Shown here: positions 50,977 to 63,118 of the stretch, one piece after another
Numbering within the stretch: the first letter of the stretch is position 1
Layout: every line of letters begins with the position of its first letter
Assembly: GCA_034780895.1 (NCBI GenBank)
Contig: JAUZTB010000135.1
Span: 81,503,613-81,567,612, forward strand
DNA from: Rhynchobatus australiae
Lineage: Eukaryota
DNA length: 64,000 nt
Reading direction: 5' to 3'
Position numbers and translations under genes: made by a program
Notes under the pieces: model-generated
Told to the model about the DNA's origin: nothing
Seen by the model: the letters and a program-made list of their open reading frames with translations, nothing else
Databases searched by the model: none

Positions 50977-53309
50977 CTTCACTCTCATTAAGGTGATCAT
51001 CTGATGTCAGCCAGATGTCCAGATCCTTTATGTATCTTTCCATATAGTTGAACAATCATTTGTAATTTTGGTCACTCAACATCACAATTCCATGTAGCTC
51101 AGGTCCCAGTTCATGTGAAGTCCATGATACTTCCTTTAAAACAACTTAAAAAGGTTTGAGCAATATAGCGTTAACAACATTTCATTCAAACAGATTTGAT
51201 AACCCAAAATGAAGGGCCTGTTTCTGAATTACAGGGTACTAGGAAGGTTGAAAATTATAAGATAGCTTGGGAAATGGTGACACCAATCTTGATGACGTTG
51301 TACTTCACTTCCATAGTGATATCAATATGGTGAGCAATGTGAGATATGAGAACCTAGGATAAGATGACCATTTAGCCACTTCAGCTAGTTCCACCATTTT
51401 GGAAGGCTGCAATCAATGATCTAACCTCATGCACTAACCAGTGATCTAACCTCATGCACTTACAGCATGCTAAGGAAGTATGGTTGACAATATGTGGGCA
51501 ATGTTACTGTATATCTTAAACATGGTGCTGGTTTGATTTCTATATTGGAGGGGTCACTGATATATCAAGATAATTTTACCAAAACTCCTATTCCCTGTAT
51601 CTGAAGCACCAGTTAAAACCTGATTTGAAGGTTCTGCATTACACACAACTGAAGCATTTAAATTGGCTGATGGATCAGACAACTGGATATTTGAATCTGA
51701 ATATTTGTTTTAAGCTAATGTTGATCCTTACCCAAAACAGGCTGCTCACCATAAATTAGTTTTCCTGATACTGATAATACAGCTGCAGAATTCAAGCTCA
51801 GTAGAATTCAACATACCCCCACCTGCTTAACTCCTCTTCATTCAACAGCACAAGCTTACTGCTATAAGCTTCAGTATTTGGACACACTGCAGTGTAATTC
51901 AGCAGGTTATAAATGTTTTTCTCACCTTCTGCGGTTTCAGCTGGCACAAGTCTGTGTCTGACTGTCAGGAGGTTGTCATTGTTTCCCCAGCCAGGCAATA
52001 TGCTCTGTTTTCATTGGGTGCTTGACTAGTACCATGGCCAAAAACAATTGAACCTCATTACAACCATATCAGGAAATTTCAAGGGTCAGGCAGACTTGGC
52101 ACTTGGACTTGTGGTTGTGTTGCTGTAAAGCTGTTGCCATTTTCAAACTGTGCTGCATGTTGTGGAACCGTCTAACAGATTTTGTTAAAGTGCCAGGTTT
52201 TGCTGGTAGTGCAAGTTTGCTTCTTAGGAAATATCACCTAAAGTGAGATATTCCCAGATAATGGTCACAATAAGGTAGTAAAACACAGATGTCTATTATT
52301 ACTACTCCCACCATAGACTTGACGGGAATCAACTGGGAAAGCCGAACAATCTTGAGCCCATGATATTTAATCAGTTGCTTTTCTCTTTAAATGGAGATAT
52401 CAAGAAACCTTTAATATGTAAAGCTAACAGAGAGGTGCTCTGTCCTGACTATTGGGTATCCTGAGGACGAGCATGTTGTTTAGTGACGGTATTTGCAAAT
52501 GATTAATCATGAAGCAGCACGCCACAATCTTTTGCTTTCCAGTTCTTTAATCCCCAAGCGAGTTGCATTCAACCATTTTCCTTGCCTCACCCACATTTCC
52601 TGCAGATCCAACAAGACAATCAGGAATGGAGGAAGACAATGATGATGAGAGGATGAACATGAGTTGTGTGATATTGAAGAGGGGGAGATGTCAAGGTTAA
52701 ACCCCTCTAAGTCTTCCAGTCTTCTGAGTGCTTCTCTACAAAAACCTCTTCAAGATCAATGCCTGCATCCCCTGGAGATTTAGTGCCGTATATCAGCCTG
52801 GGCACTTTCACCTGGGATGTACCGGTGTTTGGATGTGACACCAGAGGAGTGGGTGTGAACATGCCACGTTTCATATGGGGTCTAGGGAAAGGCTGCCTAT
52901 GACTTTCAACTTGCAGGATGCAAAATGCATTGATATTCATCTCAAAAGAAAGATTCTTGAGAAATGCTACCCCTACCCACAGTTTCTAATGTCACTGGTA
53001 GATTTGACCACTTCAGTCTACAGCTAGCGACAATAGAGGGCCATTTTTATTTCTTTGCAGTTCCAATAGAGCATGTAGTTGCTCCACAGGAACCTGGACT
53101 AGACTAGCACCCAAGGAGCAGACAGTGACCACTCAATGTCTCCAACTGCACAAACGGCCAGACTACCAGGTAGTAGCCGGAGCATCCTTCTGAACAGTGG
53201 TCCTGTCTGCTGTTGATCTTGCTAGTTGCCAAAAGAAAGCATTCCCATGAAGACATGCACATGTTGTGGGCTGTAATTTCTATCGAGAGCTCATAGTTGC
53301 CATTAGATT

Positions 53310-53670
53310 AGCATGGTGATGCAGTTGTTACTGCTGCTGCCTCACAGCTCCAGAGACCAAGGTTCGATTCTGACCTCCTGCGCTGTCTGTGTGGAGTTTC
53401 CACACTCTTCCTGCTACTGTGTGGGTTTTCACTGGGTGTTCTGGTTTTCTCTCACTTCCCAAAGATGTACTGGTAGGTTCACTGGCTTCTGTAAATTACC
53501 CCTTAGTGCAGGTAAGTTGCAAAATAATCGAAAGGGTGTCGATGGGCGTGTGTGTGAGGGAGAGAATATGTGCAAAGCTGCAGGACAATAAGGAGAGCAT
53601 CAGTGGGATTGATGGGGTTGATGTGCAGGCAGCTGGTGTAGACCTGATGGGCTGAATGGACTCCTACCTT
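53310..53670 (+). mobile_element. V-SINE (HE1-like), older subfamily with CR1-type tail
   Basis: B box ggttcgattc, V-domain tgtgtggagtttccacactcttcctg...gtgggtttt, tail gacctgatgggctgaatggactcct. Confidence 0.75.
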
Positions 53671-54339
53671 CTACTCGTCAATGTGGAAACAGAATGAAGT
53701 GATGGTCCACTGCCAGCTCCTGCCTAACACACAGCACTGCGTATCAGGTCTTGTGCCTGCTTCTTCAGGGCATTAATTTAGTGGCACAAGGGAGAAGATC
53801 TCAGCTGAAATGCTCAAGATGTAGCCAGCTGCATTCCCCCTTCCCTGGGCAAGTGGCAGTGACACAAAGGTCATCTCTGTTCACAACCTTTGACAGGACG
53901 AGTGCAGTTGAATACTCCTTGTGACACCAGTGTAAAAAGCAGCTGTAGGAAGTACTAAAATAGGAGAAAGAGAAGCATAGTTAGCCAGGCAGGCAAGACC
54001 TTTTCTTGATGAAAAAATTGGTTGCTGTTTGTTCATTATGGAGTCTGGTGTATTGAAATTAAGTGTATGCTAATTTTCTGCTTTTATATCAATATTGTTC
54101 TACAGGAACTATGCTCATTTTGATGCATGGCCTAATGTATGCAATGTTTCAGAACATATATGAAGAAGTTAAGGCAGTAAAGATAAAGGTAGACAATGCT
54201 AAGTGGGGGAATGATTTCAGTGGTCTGTTACTCTGATGTAATGGTCAACACAAACCTGTGAGTAACAGGATTTTCACCTCCATGCGATATGGCTTGTCCT
54301 GTTCTCCAGCAACAACCAAGAACAGTAATTGAAAAGCAA

Positions 54340-54832
54340 AAACAAAATTCAGATGCTTGAAATCTGAAATAGAACTGGAAACTGCTTGAAAGACGCAGCA
54401 GATTAGGCAACGTCAGTAGAGAGTGAACCATTTTAGGTTGATGAACAGTCTGATGAAAATGTTAACTCTTCCACTCTTTGCAGATGCTGACTGATCAGCT
54501 GAATATAAGATTTCTTTATCAGTCACATGTACATTGAAACACACAGTGAAATGCATCTTTTGTGTAGAGTGTTCTGGGGCAGCCCGCAAGTGTCGTCACG
54601 CTTCTGGTGCCAACGTAGCACGCCCACAACTTCCTAACCCGTATGTCTTTGGAATGTGGGAGGAAACCAGAGCACTCAGAGGAAACCCACGCAGACACGG
54701 AGAGAATGTACAAACTCCTAATAGACAGTGGCCAGAACTGAACCTGGGTCGCTGGCACTGTAAAAGCATTACACTAACCGCTACACCACCGTGCCTGCCC
54801 CAGCTTATCCCCAGCATTTTCTGTCTTTATTT
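54340..54832. mobile_element. Miniature fold-back Penelope-terminus derivative split by a SINE insertion
   Basis: Left arm cagatgcttgaaatctgaaatagaactggaaactgc; centre ctgatgaaaatgttaactc; right arm resumes as ccagcattttctgtctttattt after the SINE. Confidence 0.65.
54508..54800 (-). mobile_element. Full-length V-SINE (HE1-like), young subfamily
   Basis: Reverse complement closely matches 13608-13880, with intact tRNA-like head ggcacggtggtgtagcggttagtg. Confidence 0.88.
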
Positions 54833-55142
54833 AACATTGAAGACCAGGTCTTCAGTCATATAGTCAGGTAATGCAGCAACTTGTACCTATGGGACACACA
54901 GCTCGTAGCATACTGCAAAACCCTCTCCACCTATCAAGGTGGTGCCTTTCAGTACGTGCCTTCATCAACTCCTCCCTAGCAATGCCCTCATGGTGATCAC
55001 AAATAAATTACAAAGTAACTTTCAAGGCACTGATGATTGTTTACTGCTAACTCTCCCAAAGAACATGCAATAGCTGAAAAACACTTCAATCACACAATAA
55101 ATGTGTGCCTGCACTGCAACCTCATTGGCATTATGAGGGTCC

Positions 55143-55448
55143 TAATTTAATTTGATTTAATTTAATTTAATTTATCATTTATTTATTAGTCACATGTACA
55201 CCTAAACACACAGTGAAATGTATCTTTGTGCCGGGGGCAGCCCGCATGTCTTGCCACGCTTCTGGCGCCAACATAGCATGCCCACAACTTCCTAACCCGT
55301 ATGTCTTTGGAATGTGGGAGGAAACCGGAGCNNNNNNNNNNNNNNNNNNNNNNNNNNNNNNNNNNNNNNNNNNNNNNGGCGCCAACATAGCATGCCCACA
55401 ACTTCCTAACCCGTATGTCTTTGGAATGTGGGAGGAAACCGGAGCACC
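55143..55448 (-). mobile_element. V-SINE 3' half with AT-rich microsatellite tail, spanning an N gap
   Basis: Same family as 54508-54800; (ATTTA)n-like tract at 55143-55187. Confidence 0.8.
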
Positions 55449-56339
55449 TGCAGGAATGATCCTGCGCCATAAAAGTTGAGTGAAATAATAAAGTGCATTG
55501 AAATGGATAGATCAGTAGGGGCTCTTGAGTGTGGTTGTGGCACTCATACGATGGGTGGTGGTTTATTGCCATCACCTCTTCGGTGGCGCACGTTCATCTG
55601 CACCTTCAGGTCTTTCTGTGGGCTGTGTGGGCTGCATCTTCTTCAAAGGGGCAATAACTGTAGGATACAAACATGCCATTGGGGTTTGACTTAATTCTTC
55701 CTGGGGAGCCCTCAGGAGGCTTGCGGGAAGAGAGTGCAGGGGTTTGATGTCTGCACATGTCTTCACACTATTTATATTCAAAATCTGGTCACCTGGTAAA
55801 CGCAGCAGACCCTGGAAGCAGCTCATCATAAATTAACTTTAGTGCATTACAAGTAGAGAAACAGAATCACCATTGGCTCCATACCCATTTAATAAAATGG
55901 AAACTTAACAGCAAGAGACCATTCATGTGATTCTGTGGTGGAAAAATGCATAAGTGGTCTCTGCTCCATTTTGCTATCCCACTCCAAGAAATATCTTACT
56001 TTTGCATAGATGCATATCTGTCACAGAATGAAGATAAACATCAGTCACCATTAATTATATTATTATCATCCATGATTCTCTGCTTCTCTTTTGGAAAAGA
56101 ATTATTTGATAAAGATTTGGTTTCAATGGATTTTTCTGGAACAGTTCTGTGACCATTAAACCAAATTCTTTATGTAACATTGGTGTTGGCAGACCAAAAG
56201 AAAGGAGCAATATTTTGTGCATTGGGGCATGATGACAATTTCAGAAATTGGCCAATGTGATCATTTTATGAGAAGAAAGAAAATAAATGATTCTCATTGG
56301 TGTTGCTGAGTAAGATAATGTCTTCTATATATTCACAAT

Positions 56340-56635
56340 GATATAAGAACAAGAGTAGTAGGCTATTGAACCCATTCACCATTCATTCATTGTTTACGGT
56401 AAATACCAACATAACCCCTGACATCTTTGCTTAACAATACTTTATTGAAAGTTTCAATGAATCACAGCTTTTTGGGAGGACACCTTCTAGATTTCCATTA
56501 ACCTTATCTGAAAAGGAGCCATCTCAATCCCCTCTTAAGTAGCCTGACTCTTATTTTAAGACTAGGCCTCCTGGTTGTAAATTCCCTCCATCAGAGGAAA
56601 TGATACTTTATATCTACCCTATCAAAATGCCTTGA
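56340..56635 (-). mobile_element. CR1 LINE 3' end, degenerate
   Basis: Reverse tail atataagaacaagagtagtaggctattgaacccatt, similar to 44335-44630. Confidence 0.6.
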
Positions 56636-56644
56636 TGTAATCGA

Positions 56645-56745
56645 TTTTCTCTTGCCTCCACAGATTCTGCCCAACCTGCTGAGTTCCTCCATAAGTTTGT
56701 TCTGTTGCTCAGGATTCCAGCAGCTGCACCTTCTTTGTGTCTCCA
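56645..56745 (+). mobile_element. Penelope-like terminal fragment
   Basis: ctccacagattctgcccaacctgctgagttcctcc...gattccagcagctgcac...tgtgtctcc. Confidence 0.7.
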
Positions 56746-57189
56746 CTTTGCTACACCGCTGCGGATTCTCTTCAAGGTATGCAGCTTTTAAAGAAGCTCT
56801 CTTCCTCTCTTCACCAGGAGTTCTGTGACTCTACATCTCACTGCTCTCCCACTTTTGTTTCCACTGCTCTTTGACATCGTACCAGCCAGGACTCAGCACT
56901 ACAGCCACATGTCCTTCCTCAGTATGTGTGTTTGCTGCCATCTTGTTCTGCCTGGCTTCCAGCTCCATTGTTGGGCCTCCCAGGTTGGTCCTGGCTGGGA
57001 TCCGAGGTATGTACAATCCATTCACTGCTTCTCCCATTGGTTTTCCCTCTACATCCTATGATCTACCATCTCCACGATGCATCGGTACCTTCTGTCCCTT
57101 TTCCTCTCTCTCCCACATCTCTTATGTCTTCTCATAACAGCCAAGCTACACCAACTGTATGCCAGCCTGTTGCTGACTGGGAGATAACA

Positions 57190-57975
57190 AATTCAAGTTC
57201 AAGGTTATTGTTGTCAAAGGGATGCACAGGGTGTAAATGCCATGAAAATTAGCCTTTTGCAGCAGCAGCACAGTACATTACAAGACAAAGTTAACATAAA
57301 CTTCAATAAATAAAAATCATTCATAACTGAAGCATGTACAAAATAAACAACAGAATAAACATAATGACACGAGTGCAAGATTGAGAGAGAGGAAAAAATA
57401 TAGTACGAGGTAGTGTTAAGGTTTTTCAGGTCAGTTCCAGAACCTGATGGCAGTGGGGAAGAGGCTGTTGTTGAACCTTGAGGTGTGGACCTTCAGGTTT
57501 CTGTGCCTCCTGCCTGATGGCAGCATCGAGAAGAGGGCATGGCCCGGATGGTGGGGGTCCCTGATGGTGGATATCACCTTCCTGAGACATCGTCTCTTGT
57601 AGATGTCTTCGACAGTGGGGAGAGCTGTACCCATGATGGAACTGGCTGAGTCTACCACCCTCTGTAGACTCTTGCCTTCCTGTGTATTGGAGTTTCCATG
57701 CCAGGCCATGATACAACCAGTTACAACGCTATCCGCTATACACCTGTAGAGGTTGTCAGAGTCTTTGATGACATGCCAAATCTCCTTAAACTTCTAAGAA
57801 AGTAGAGATGCTGGTGCACCTTCTTCATCTATGCGCTGGGCCCTCTGAGATATTGATACCCAGGAACTTGTAGATACTCACCCTTTCCACTGCAGATCCT
57901 TTATTGAGGACTAGTGCCTGTTTACCTGACATCTCCTTTCTAAAGTCTACAATCAGTTCCATGGTCTGATTGATG
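57190..57975 (-). mobile_element. Rex1-clade LINE 3' portion
   Basis: TMELIVDFRKE, YKFLGINISE, and AWHGNSNTQEGKSLQRVVDSASSIMG...DPHHPGHALFSMLPSGRRHR...FPTAIR. Confidence 0.88.
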
Positions 57976-59582
57976 CTGGTGGGTGTCTGGGCTGAGATTG
58001 ACAGCAGCCACAAAAAATCCACGGCAGAAGTCAGCCAGTGAAATGCAGCCATTGGAAGTTCTGCTTGCAGACACAGATGACACACCCTATAAGATTTCTT
58101 GCAGGCAGATAGCTCTGTACGCTGCTCTGCCTGAGTATGTTGGTTCCTGACTGGAGGAGCCGGCATTTCACCTGCCATAGTGAGTCAAGTGCAGGGAAGC
58201 AAATAAGACTGAACAGTATGAAGGAATCATGATTGTTGTCAGGGTAATGAATTCACCAACACTGGTGATCTCAAAATGGCAGCACAGTGGGGGAGTGCAA
58301 TTCTATTCATTTCCAGCAAATGACTAAGTCCTGATGAGGCACATGTAACACTATGTGTGCAGTCTATAGCATCCTGTACCACAGTTCTCTTAGTTTGCTT
58401 GTTTCTTGTAAGGAAAACTGAGACAAACTAGTACCTCTGTGTATCAAGGGCTCCAGTGACCTCCATCATTTCTCCAGCCACATCCTGGAAGGAGTAACCG
58501 CCAAGAGCTATTATCAGCCTGATTGCCACAAGCAACGCTGTTCTTACCTTGGACTGAAGATGCAGTTACTTCAATAATGACTTTTGTGAAGTGCAAATCC
58601 CCCAGGTTCTTATCCATGCTGCAGCTGAGGCAATGGAATGGTTACCCTCCGAAGATGTGCCCTCCTGTTGAGATCCCTCTCCCTCTTCCCCTTCCTCTTG
58701 ATCAGAACCTTGTCTTGGTCTGTGTGGCCTCACTTCATTCCCTCAGTTGTGCTCAACTTCAAATATTAGGGGTTCAAGGCCACCCACATCTGGAAGCAAT
58801 TTATTTTAGGACGTCTATAAATCAACTTGAATGTCAGCCAGAAGACTTGTCAAGTACAGGAATGCATGAAAGAGGTGCCTGCAGTTGCCTCACCAGCCAG
58901 AAGAAATAACCCAGAAATTATCCTGTGGATTATTTTTGATCAGTTCGAAGAGCTCTGGCAGAGAGGTGTTGAGAGGGTCCTTCATTCACATTGACATTGT
59001 GTTCAGCTGGACAAGTTGGAAGTTAACATTCAAAACGGGCAGTGCTGGCATCAAATCAGCATTACCCACTGCTTTATGTTATGATCTGCCTGTTGGCTGC
59101 TGCTGGTGATTGACAACAATGTGAGATCAGACCCCTTTACCGGGATGCTTCCTGACATTCTACCAGTTTGAAGTGTGCTTGTGTATCTTAGATTATGCTT
59201 GCAAATGTCTAAAGGGTGCATAGCTCCAAAAAGCAACAGTTTCTCCCCCTTCAGAATAATCAAGAACAGGAAAAAGAGACAAAAATATTAAGTTCTCAAA
59301 ACTTTCTCATAAAAATGGAAGTAGTAAAACTATAATCAAAGAAAGATTATGGCTAATAATGGAATATAAAAATGTTCTCACAGACGTAGAGTGAACAGCT
59401 GATGAGTAAATTAAGTGAGCACATTGAATAAATCTTCACAATAAAAAAATGTCATCAGAGTCACAAAAAGGACATGATAGTGATGAGATTGAAAGGTTAA
59501 AACTGCTAAAGAAATTGTTAGATAGTTGGCAGTTCTGGGAGAATAGATGGAACTGAGATGAACTGAGATTATTGAAGGAAAT

Positions 59583-62060
59583 GGAGACACAAGGGACTGC
59601 AGATGCTGGAACTCCGGAGCAACACACAAAGAAGCTGAAGGAACTTAATGTGTCAGGCAACATTGACGGAGGGAAATGGCCAGTCGACATTTCGGGTCAA
59701 GAACCTTCCTGGGACTGGAAAGAGAGAGGGGAGAAGCCAGTGTAAAAATGTGGGGAAAGGGTGGAGCAAGAGCTAGCGGGTGATGTGGATCCAGGTGAGG
59801 CGGTGATAGGCAGATGAAGGAGGGGGGAGAGCGGAAATGATGTTGGGAGGTGATAGGTGCAAGTGGCAAAGGGCTGAAGAAGATGAAGTCTGAGAGGAGA
59901 GGACAGCGGACTATGGAATAAAGGGAAGGAGGTGAGGAGGGGAACCGGAGGGAGGAATGTGTGGGTGATGGGCAGATTGAGAGGGTGGAGAGGGGAAAGA
60001 GAAGGGGTGATGGGGCCAGTGGGATGAGGAAAACAAATGGAGATGGAGAGGAGTTGTTACCAGAAGTTAGAGAAATCAATGTTCATGCCATCAGGTTGGA
60101 GACTACCAAGATGGAATATGAGGTGTTGTTCCTCTAATCTGTGCCTAGCCTCAACTTGGCAGTAGAGGAGGCCGTGGACTGACATGTCGGTGTGGGAATG
60201 GGAAGTGGAATTAAAATGGCTGGCCACTGGGAGATCCCTGCTGGTACAGTTGGACGGAGCGAAGGTCCTCAATGAAGCGGTCACCCAATCTGCATTGGGT
60301 CTCACGGATGTAAAGGAGGCCGCACCGGGAGCACTCGATGCAATAAATGACACCGATGGATTTGCATGTGAAGCACTGCCTCACCTGGAAGGACTGTTTA
60401 GGGCCCTGAATAGTGGTGAGGGAGCAGGTGCAGAGGCAGGTGTGACACAGCACGGTTGCAGAGATAAGTGCCTGGAGGGTGATCGATGGGGAGAGATGAA
60501 TGGACAAGGGAGCCACGGAGAGAGCAATCCCTGCGGAAAGCCAAGAGAGGAGGGGAGGGGAGGATGTGCCTGGTAGCGGGATCCTATTGGAGATGGCCGA
60601 AGTTGCGGAGATTGATGTGTTGGATGTGGAGGCTTGTGGGGCGGTAGGTGAGGACAAGGGGAACCCCATCCCTTCTATGTCGGGAGGGGGTGATGGGGTG
60701 AGGGCAGACGTGCAGGAAATGGAGGAGATGTGGGTGAGGGCTACATTGCTAGCAGTGCAGGGGAAACCCTGTTTCCTGAGCAAAGATGACATGTGCTGGA
60801 ATGGAAAGCCTCATCACGAGAAGAGATGCAGTGGAGGCAGAGGAACTGAGAGAAGGGAACTGAGAGAAGGACCCTGTCCTTGCAAGTGACGGGGTGGGAA
60901 GAGGTGTAGTCATGTAACTGTGGGAGTTAGTGGGGTTGGGGAAGATGTAAGTGGATAATCTGTCTCCTGAGGTGGAGATGGAGAGATCAAGAAAGGGGAG
61001 AGAGGTGTCAGAGATGGACCAAATGTATTTGAGGGTGGGATGGAAGTTGATAGAGAAGCTGATGACATTGATGCACTCTGCACGGGTGCAGGAAGTGGCA
61101 CCAATGCAGCTGTCAATGTAACAGAGAAAGAGTTGGGGAGTGTTGCAGGTGTAGTTTTGGATCTCTAGAGGTGAAGAGGTTGGCGATGTTGCGGGAGACA
61201 GGGGCTTGATGCTTCTCAGTGGGGTCCTGGTTCAGGGGTAAGTAAGAGGAGGTGTCCGAGAGCTGTCCTCTGGCCTCTGCAAGGTAGAGTTCAGTCTGTC
61301 AGACTGCAACAGCACCGCCCTTGTCTGCAGATTTGACGGTGAGGTTGGGACTAGTGCGGAGAGAGTGGAGGGCAGTGTGTTCAGAGGGGGTGAGGTTGGT
61401 ATAGGTGAGGGGAGTGGTGAAGTCAAGGCGGTTAATGTTTCACCAGCAGTTAGAGATGAAAAGATCCAGATTGGGGAGAAGGCCAGCGGGGGGGGGGGGG
61501 GGGGGGGATGTCCAAGAGGAGGAGGAAGGCTTGAGGTGGGAGAAGGGGTCATCAGTGGGGGTGAGGAATCCTTGCTGAAGAAGTAAGCACGGAGGTGGAG
61601 GCGATGGAAGAAGAGCTCGGTGTCATGGCGTGTGTGGAACTTGTTGAGGTGCGGGCATAGTGGGGCAAAGGTAAGGCCCCTGTTGAGGACAGAACGTTTC
61701 ACCTCAGAGAGAGGGAGGTTGGAGGGGATAGTGAAGACACGGCAGGAGTTAGAGTTGGCGTGAGGTGAGGGTAGAGAGTTGGAGGGTTTGGAGGAGTCAG
61801 CGGTCAGTGGAAGTGGGGTGGGAAAAAGAGGAGTGAAGGGGAGACAAGGGGTCAGGGGAAATGTGAGAGACCTGGGGTGGGTGGGGAGTGGCGGTGGAAG
61901 AAGAGGAACAGCGGGACCCAGCGGTGGCATGAGAGGTCTGAGCCTGGAGGCAGCCCAGGCCAGAGGAGGATCCAGAGGCGTTCCTTCTTCATTGAAGGAA
62001 GTCTCGGACAGACCATCGGCCCATGGTTGAGAGTCGGAGGTTGGCTGGAGACTTTTACAA
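59583..62060 (-). mobile_element. Large Penelope-like retroelement: N-terminal region, partial RT, GIY-YIG endonuclease, terminal repeat with decayed hammerhead
   Basis: LPLSEVKRSVLNRGLTFAP...RLHLRAYF; KSADKGGAV (PLE KPADKG motif, ~61310-61335); YIDS at 61109-61120 (from YIDD); PFLDL; GVIYCIECSRCGLLYIRETQCRLGDRF; PVASHFNS...LEEQHLIFHLGSLQPDGMNIDF. Many frameshifts and stops. Confidence 0.9.
59680..59718 (-). ncRNA. Hammerhead motif with degenerate core
   Basis: Minus strand CCAGUC CCAGGA AGGUUCUUGACCC GAAAU GUC GACUGG: 6-bp stem I intact, CUGANGA corrupted. Confidence 0.5.
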
Positions 62061-62064
62061 TCAT

Positions 62065-62380
62065 AAAGGGTTTAATGCAAAACTTTCAGTGGCAGAAAAA
62101 TAGACGATAAAGAATTGAGGTGATGACCAAAAATAAAACTGGAAATGTTGCAAAGAAAAAGATTTTTGTGCCATTATTTGCTGTGACCTGGAATGTGCTG
62201 ACTGAAAGAATGTTGGAAGCAGAATTGATAATAACTTACAAAGTGACAATGATAAGCACTTGAAAGCGAAAAAGTACTGGACTATGAGAAGAGAGCGCAG
62301 AAGTTGGACAAATTGTTTGCACTTTCAAAGATCCTGCAAAGACGTAATGGTCCAAATGGCTTTACTGTTCTATAATCCTG
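62065..62380 (+). mobile_element. CR1 LINE 3' fragment, degenerate
   Basis: tggaatgtgctgactgaaagaatgttggaagcag (WNVLTERMLEA) and tail aatggtccaaatggc. Confidence 0.55.
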
Positions 62381-63004
62381 ACATTATCAGTAAGGGTGTT
62401 ATGTGAAATAAAATAATCAAACAGAAGGAATTTTCTTGTAGATTTTCCCAGGTGGTTTGATGAGCAAAATAGAAATTTTAGCAAACACAAAGCAAATATA
62501 AGGTCCAATGTTGGATTTCCTGCCAACTTATAAAAAAGATTTTCTTGTATCACATGCACTATCATTTATGTAAATAATTCAAGTTTAATACAGAAATCAT
62601 CAGGATTGATGATTTCTACATTTGTCTTTGTAACATGGAGAGTCGGTATGCTTGATTTTACACTGCAAGGCTTCTAGTTATTATTATACAACTTCTGTGT
62701 GGATGACTTCCAAGAGGTTATAATAGAAGCCATTGTCTACTGAAGCTGTCTAAATTAGGAACTAAGCCATTAAATTCAAACTAACTGCAGCAGATGCCAA
62801 ACCTTCTCTCTTGAAAGCAAGTCCTTCCATTGCAAAGATGCCAGTGATTCACATTTCAAAAATAAGCTGGGAAAATAATGGTTCTCATTCTCAGTAGAAT
62901 TCCCATAAGGGTATATCCATTCTTCTTTGAAGTTGAAGCTGGAAAGATGCTTACAAGAACCCACTCTGAATTTATTGTCAATCAAAGCAGATCAATGAGA
63001 AAGA

Positions 63005-63118
63005 AAACAACACACAAAGGGCTGGAGGAACTCAGCACATCAGGCAGCAGCTATGGAGGGAAATGGACAGATGATGTTTTGGGTCGAGACCCAAAATGTT
63101 GACTGTCTATTTCCCTCC
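63005..63118. mobile_element. Fold-back Penelope-terminus derivative centred on hammerhead stem II, running into an N gap
   Basis: ggagggaaatggacagatgatgttttgggtc-ga-gacccaaaatgttgactgtctatttccctcc is symmetric about 63086/63087. Confidence 0.75.

Noticed and set aside
51417-51460. 19-bp direct repeat tgatctaacctcatgcact x2 (similar short duplication at 60842-60870)
   Set aside because: Two copies only; ordinary local duplication, not an array or CRISPR.
54740-54800. tRNA-like sequence (also 13608-13670 and 53310-53380)
   Set aside because: These are SINE heads continuing into V-domains, not standalone tRNA genes.
55264-55445. Apparent tandem duplication of a 68-bp SINE segment
   Set aside because: The identical copies sit on either side of an N gap (55332-55377); most likely a scaffolding overlap artefact.
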